Assembly (NCBI GenBank): GCA_963828735.1
Contig: CAWHFW010000005.1
Location: 800,001 to 864,000, forward strand
Source: an uncultured Gemmatimonadales bacterium
Lineage (GTDB): Bacteria; Gemmatimonadota; Gemmatimonadetes; Gemmatimonadales; GWC2-71-9
Length of the DNA: 64,000 nt
Direction: 5' to 3'
Shown here: piece after piece, positions 63,128 through 64,000 of the stretch
Layout: the number at the start of each line of letters is the position of its first letter
Numbering within the stretch: position 1 is the first letter of the stretch
Position numbers and translations under genes: made by a program
The notes under the pieces: generated by a model
What the model was told of the DNA's origin: nothing
Seen by the model: the letters and a program-made list of their open reading frames with translations, nothing else
The model's database searches: none

Positions 63128-63152
63128 CTAGTTGAAAACAATTATCAAGTAG
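63128..63152. promoter_or_regulatory. Fur-box-like operator upstream of the porin operon
   Basis: Minus strand reads TGATAAT-T-GTTTTCA, matching the 7-1-7 Fur consensus TGATAATnATTATCA at 12 of 14 defined positions; the symmetry extends to flanking CTA/TAG. Confidence 0.7.
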
Positions 63153-63269
63153 AACCCCTACTACTTTATTCCCCATTGCCACTGGTGTCAACTGCACGCC
63201 CCACACATCATTGGAAGGCGCACACCCGCTTCGCCCCACAGCCTACCGTCGCCCCTGCGAGGCTCCCAG

Positions 63270-64000
63270 ATGGCCTACCTGCCCCTCCGGACTGTCACGC
63301 TTCCCGAGGCCTCCGAGCGGTTCTACGACGCCTGGCTCGACGACCTGGACGGCCGCCTATCGGCCCCGGGTGCGGATTGGCACCGGATTACCCGCGACGT
63401 GCTCTTCGAGGTCTGGTACCCCGGCCTGAGCGACTACGACGCCCTCGTGGAGGACCCCGTGACCCCGGCGACGACGCGCGCCGCGCTGCTGGGGCTCGAC
63501 CCGCGCAACGTCACGCTCGAGCCCGAGTACTACGCCGACGTGGATCACGCCCGCTACGCCCGGGTGAAGCCCCTCCACTGGCTCTGGCAGAGCTTCGACC
63601 GCTCGCCGCTCGGGGCCGGCAACGTGCACGTAGGGGTCGGGTTCCGCCGGATCCTCGCGAAGCACCTCTTCGCCAGCGTGGGCCGGAACTTCAAGTGCTT
63701 CCATTACGTGGAGTTCTCCTACGGTTACAACCTGGAAGTGGGCGATGACTGCGTGGTGCACCGCCACGTCCTGCTCGACGACCGCGGCGGAATCACCCTG
63801 GGCAACCGGGTGAGCATCTCGGACTACGCCAACATCTACAGTCACACCCACAGCATCGTGGATCAGAAGGACGTGACCAACGCGCGGACCGTGCTCGAGG
63901 ACGACGTGCGCATCACCTATCACGCCACGGTGCTCGCCGGCGTGCGGGTCGGGCGCCATGCGATGGTCGGCGCAGTCGCGGTGGCCACCAAGAACGTGCG
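63270..64000 (+). CDS. Hexapeptide-repeat (left-handed beta-helix) acyltransferase, runs off the right edge
   Basis: Translated by hand from ATG 63270: ...LEVGDDCVVHRHVLLDDRGGITLGNRVSISDYANIYSHTH...LEDDVRITYHATVLAGVRVGRHAMVG. Confidence 0.85.
   Translation, partial: MAYLPLRTVTLPEASERFYDAWLDDLDGRLSAPGADWHRITRDVLFEVWYPGLSDYDALVEDPVTPATTRAALLGLDPRNVTLEPEYYADVDHARYARVKPLHWLWQSFDRSPLGAGNVHVGVGFRRILAKHLFASVGRNFKCFHYVEFSYGYNLEVGDDCVVHRHVLLDDRGGITLGNRVSISDYANIYSHTHSIVDQKDVTNARTVLEDDVRITYHATVLAGVRVGRHAMVGAVAVATKNV

Overview
High-GC bacterial window, most likely Gemmatimonadota. This is inferred from the '[37 protein letters not shown]' kinase-TolB-TPR gene and the gene context. Left to right it contains: (1) a minus-strand nucleoside salvage operon (tandem 5'-nucleotidase, small beta-grasp protein, add, nupC, punA); (2) a divergent arsR-phoB-phoR unit, then a porin, pstS x2, pstCA, pstB x2, phoU and ppx, with visible Pho-box-like repeats; (3) a ~19.4 kb group 1h (high-affinity, Hhy-type) [NiFe]-hydrogenase cluster with a full hyp set and a NiCoT transporter; (4) aldH/deoC/rhomboid, dnaK, degP, an M49 peptidase, and Crp plus receiver regulators; (5) tRNA-Leu(TAG) carrying a 3.1 kb integrase-less islet bounded by a 52-bp direct repeat; (6) tig-clpP-clpX-engB; (7) a Fur-box-preceded porin / FMN-binding protein / His-motif membrane protein / Tat-signal ApbE operon. 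Two candidate new systems stand out. The first is an orphan second hydrogenase small subunit plus a PAS-PAS histidine kinase and NarL regulator placed in front of hhySL, with tandem palindromes in the hhyS promoter: a putative H2/redox-sensing module for the trace-gas hydrogenase. The second is the iron-regulated flavinylation operon. Two patches of the hydrogenase cluster (~19.0-25.8 kb and ~30.4-35.2 kb) are full of single-base indels, most likely long-read consensus errors. Coordinates there are reconstructed and approximate.
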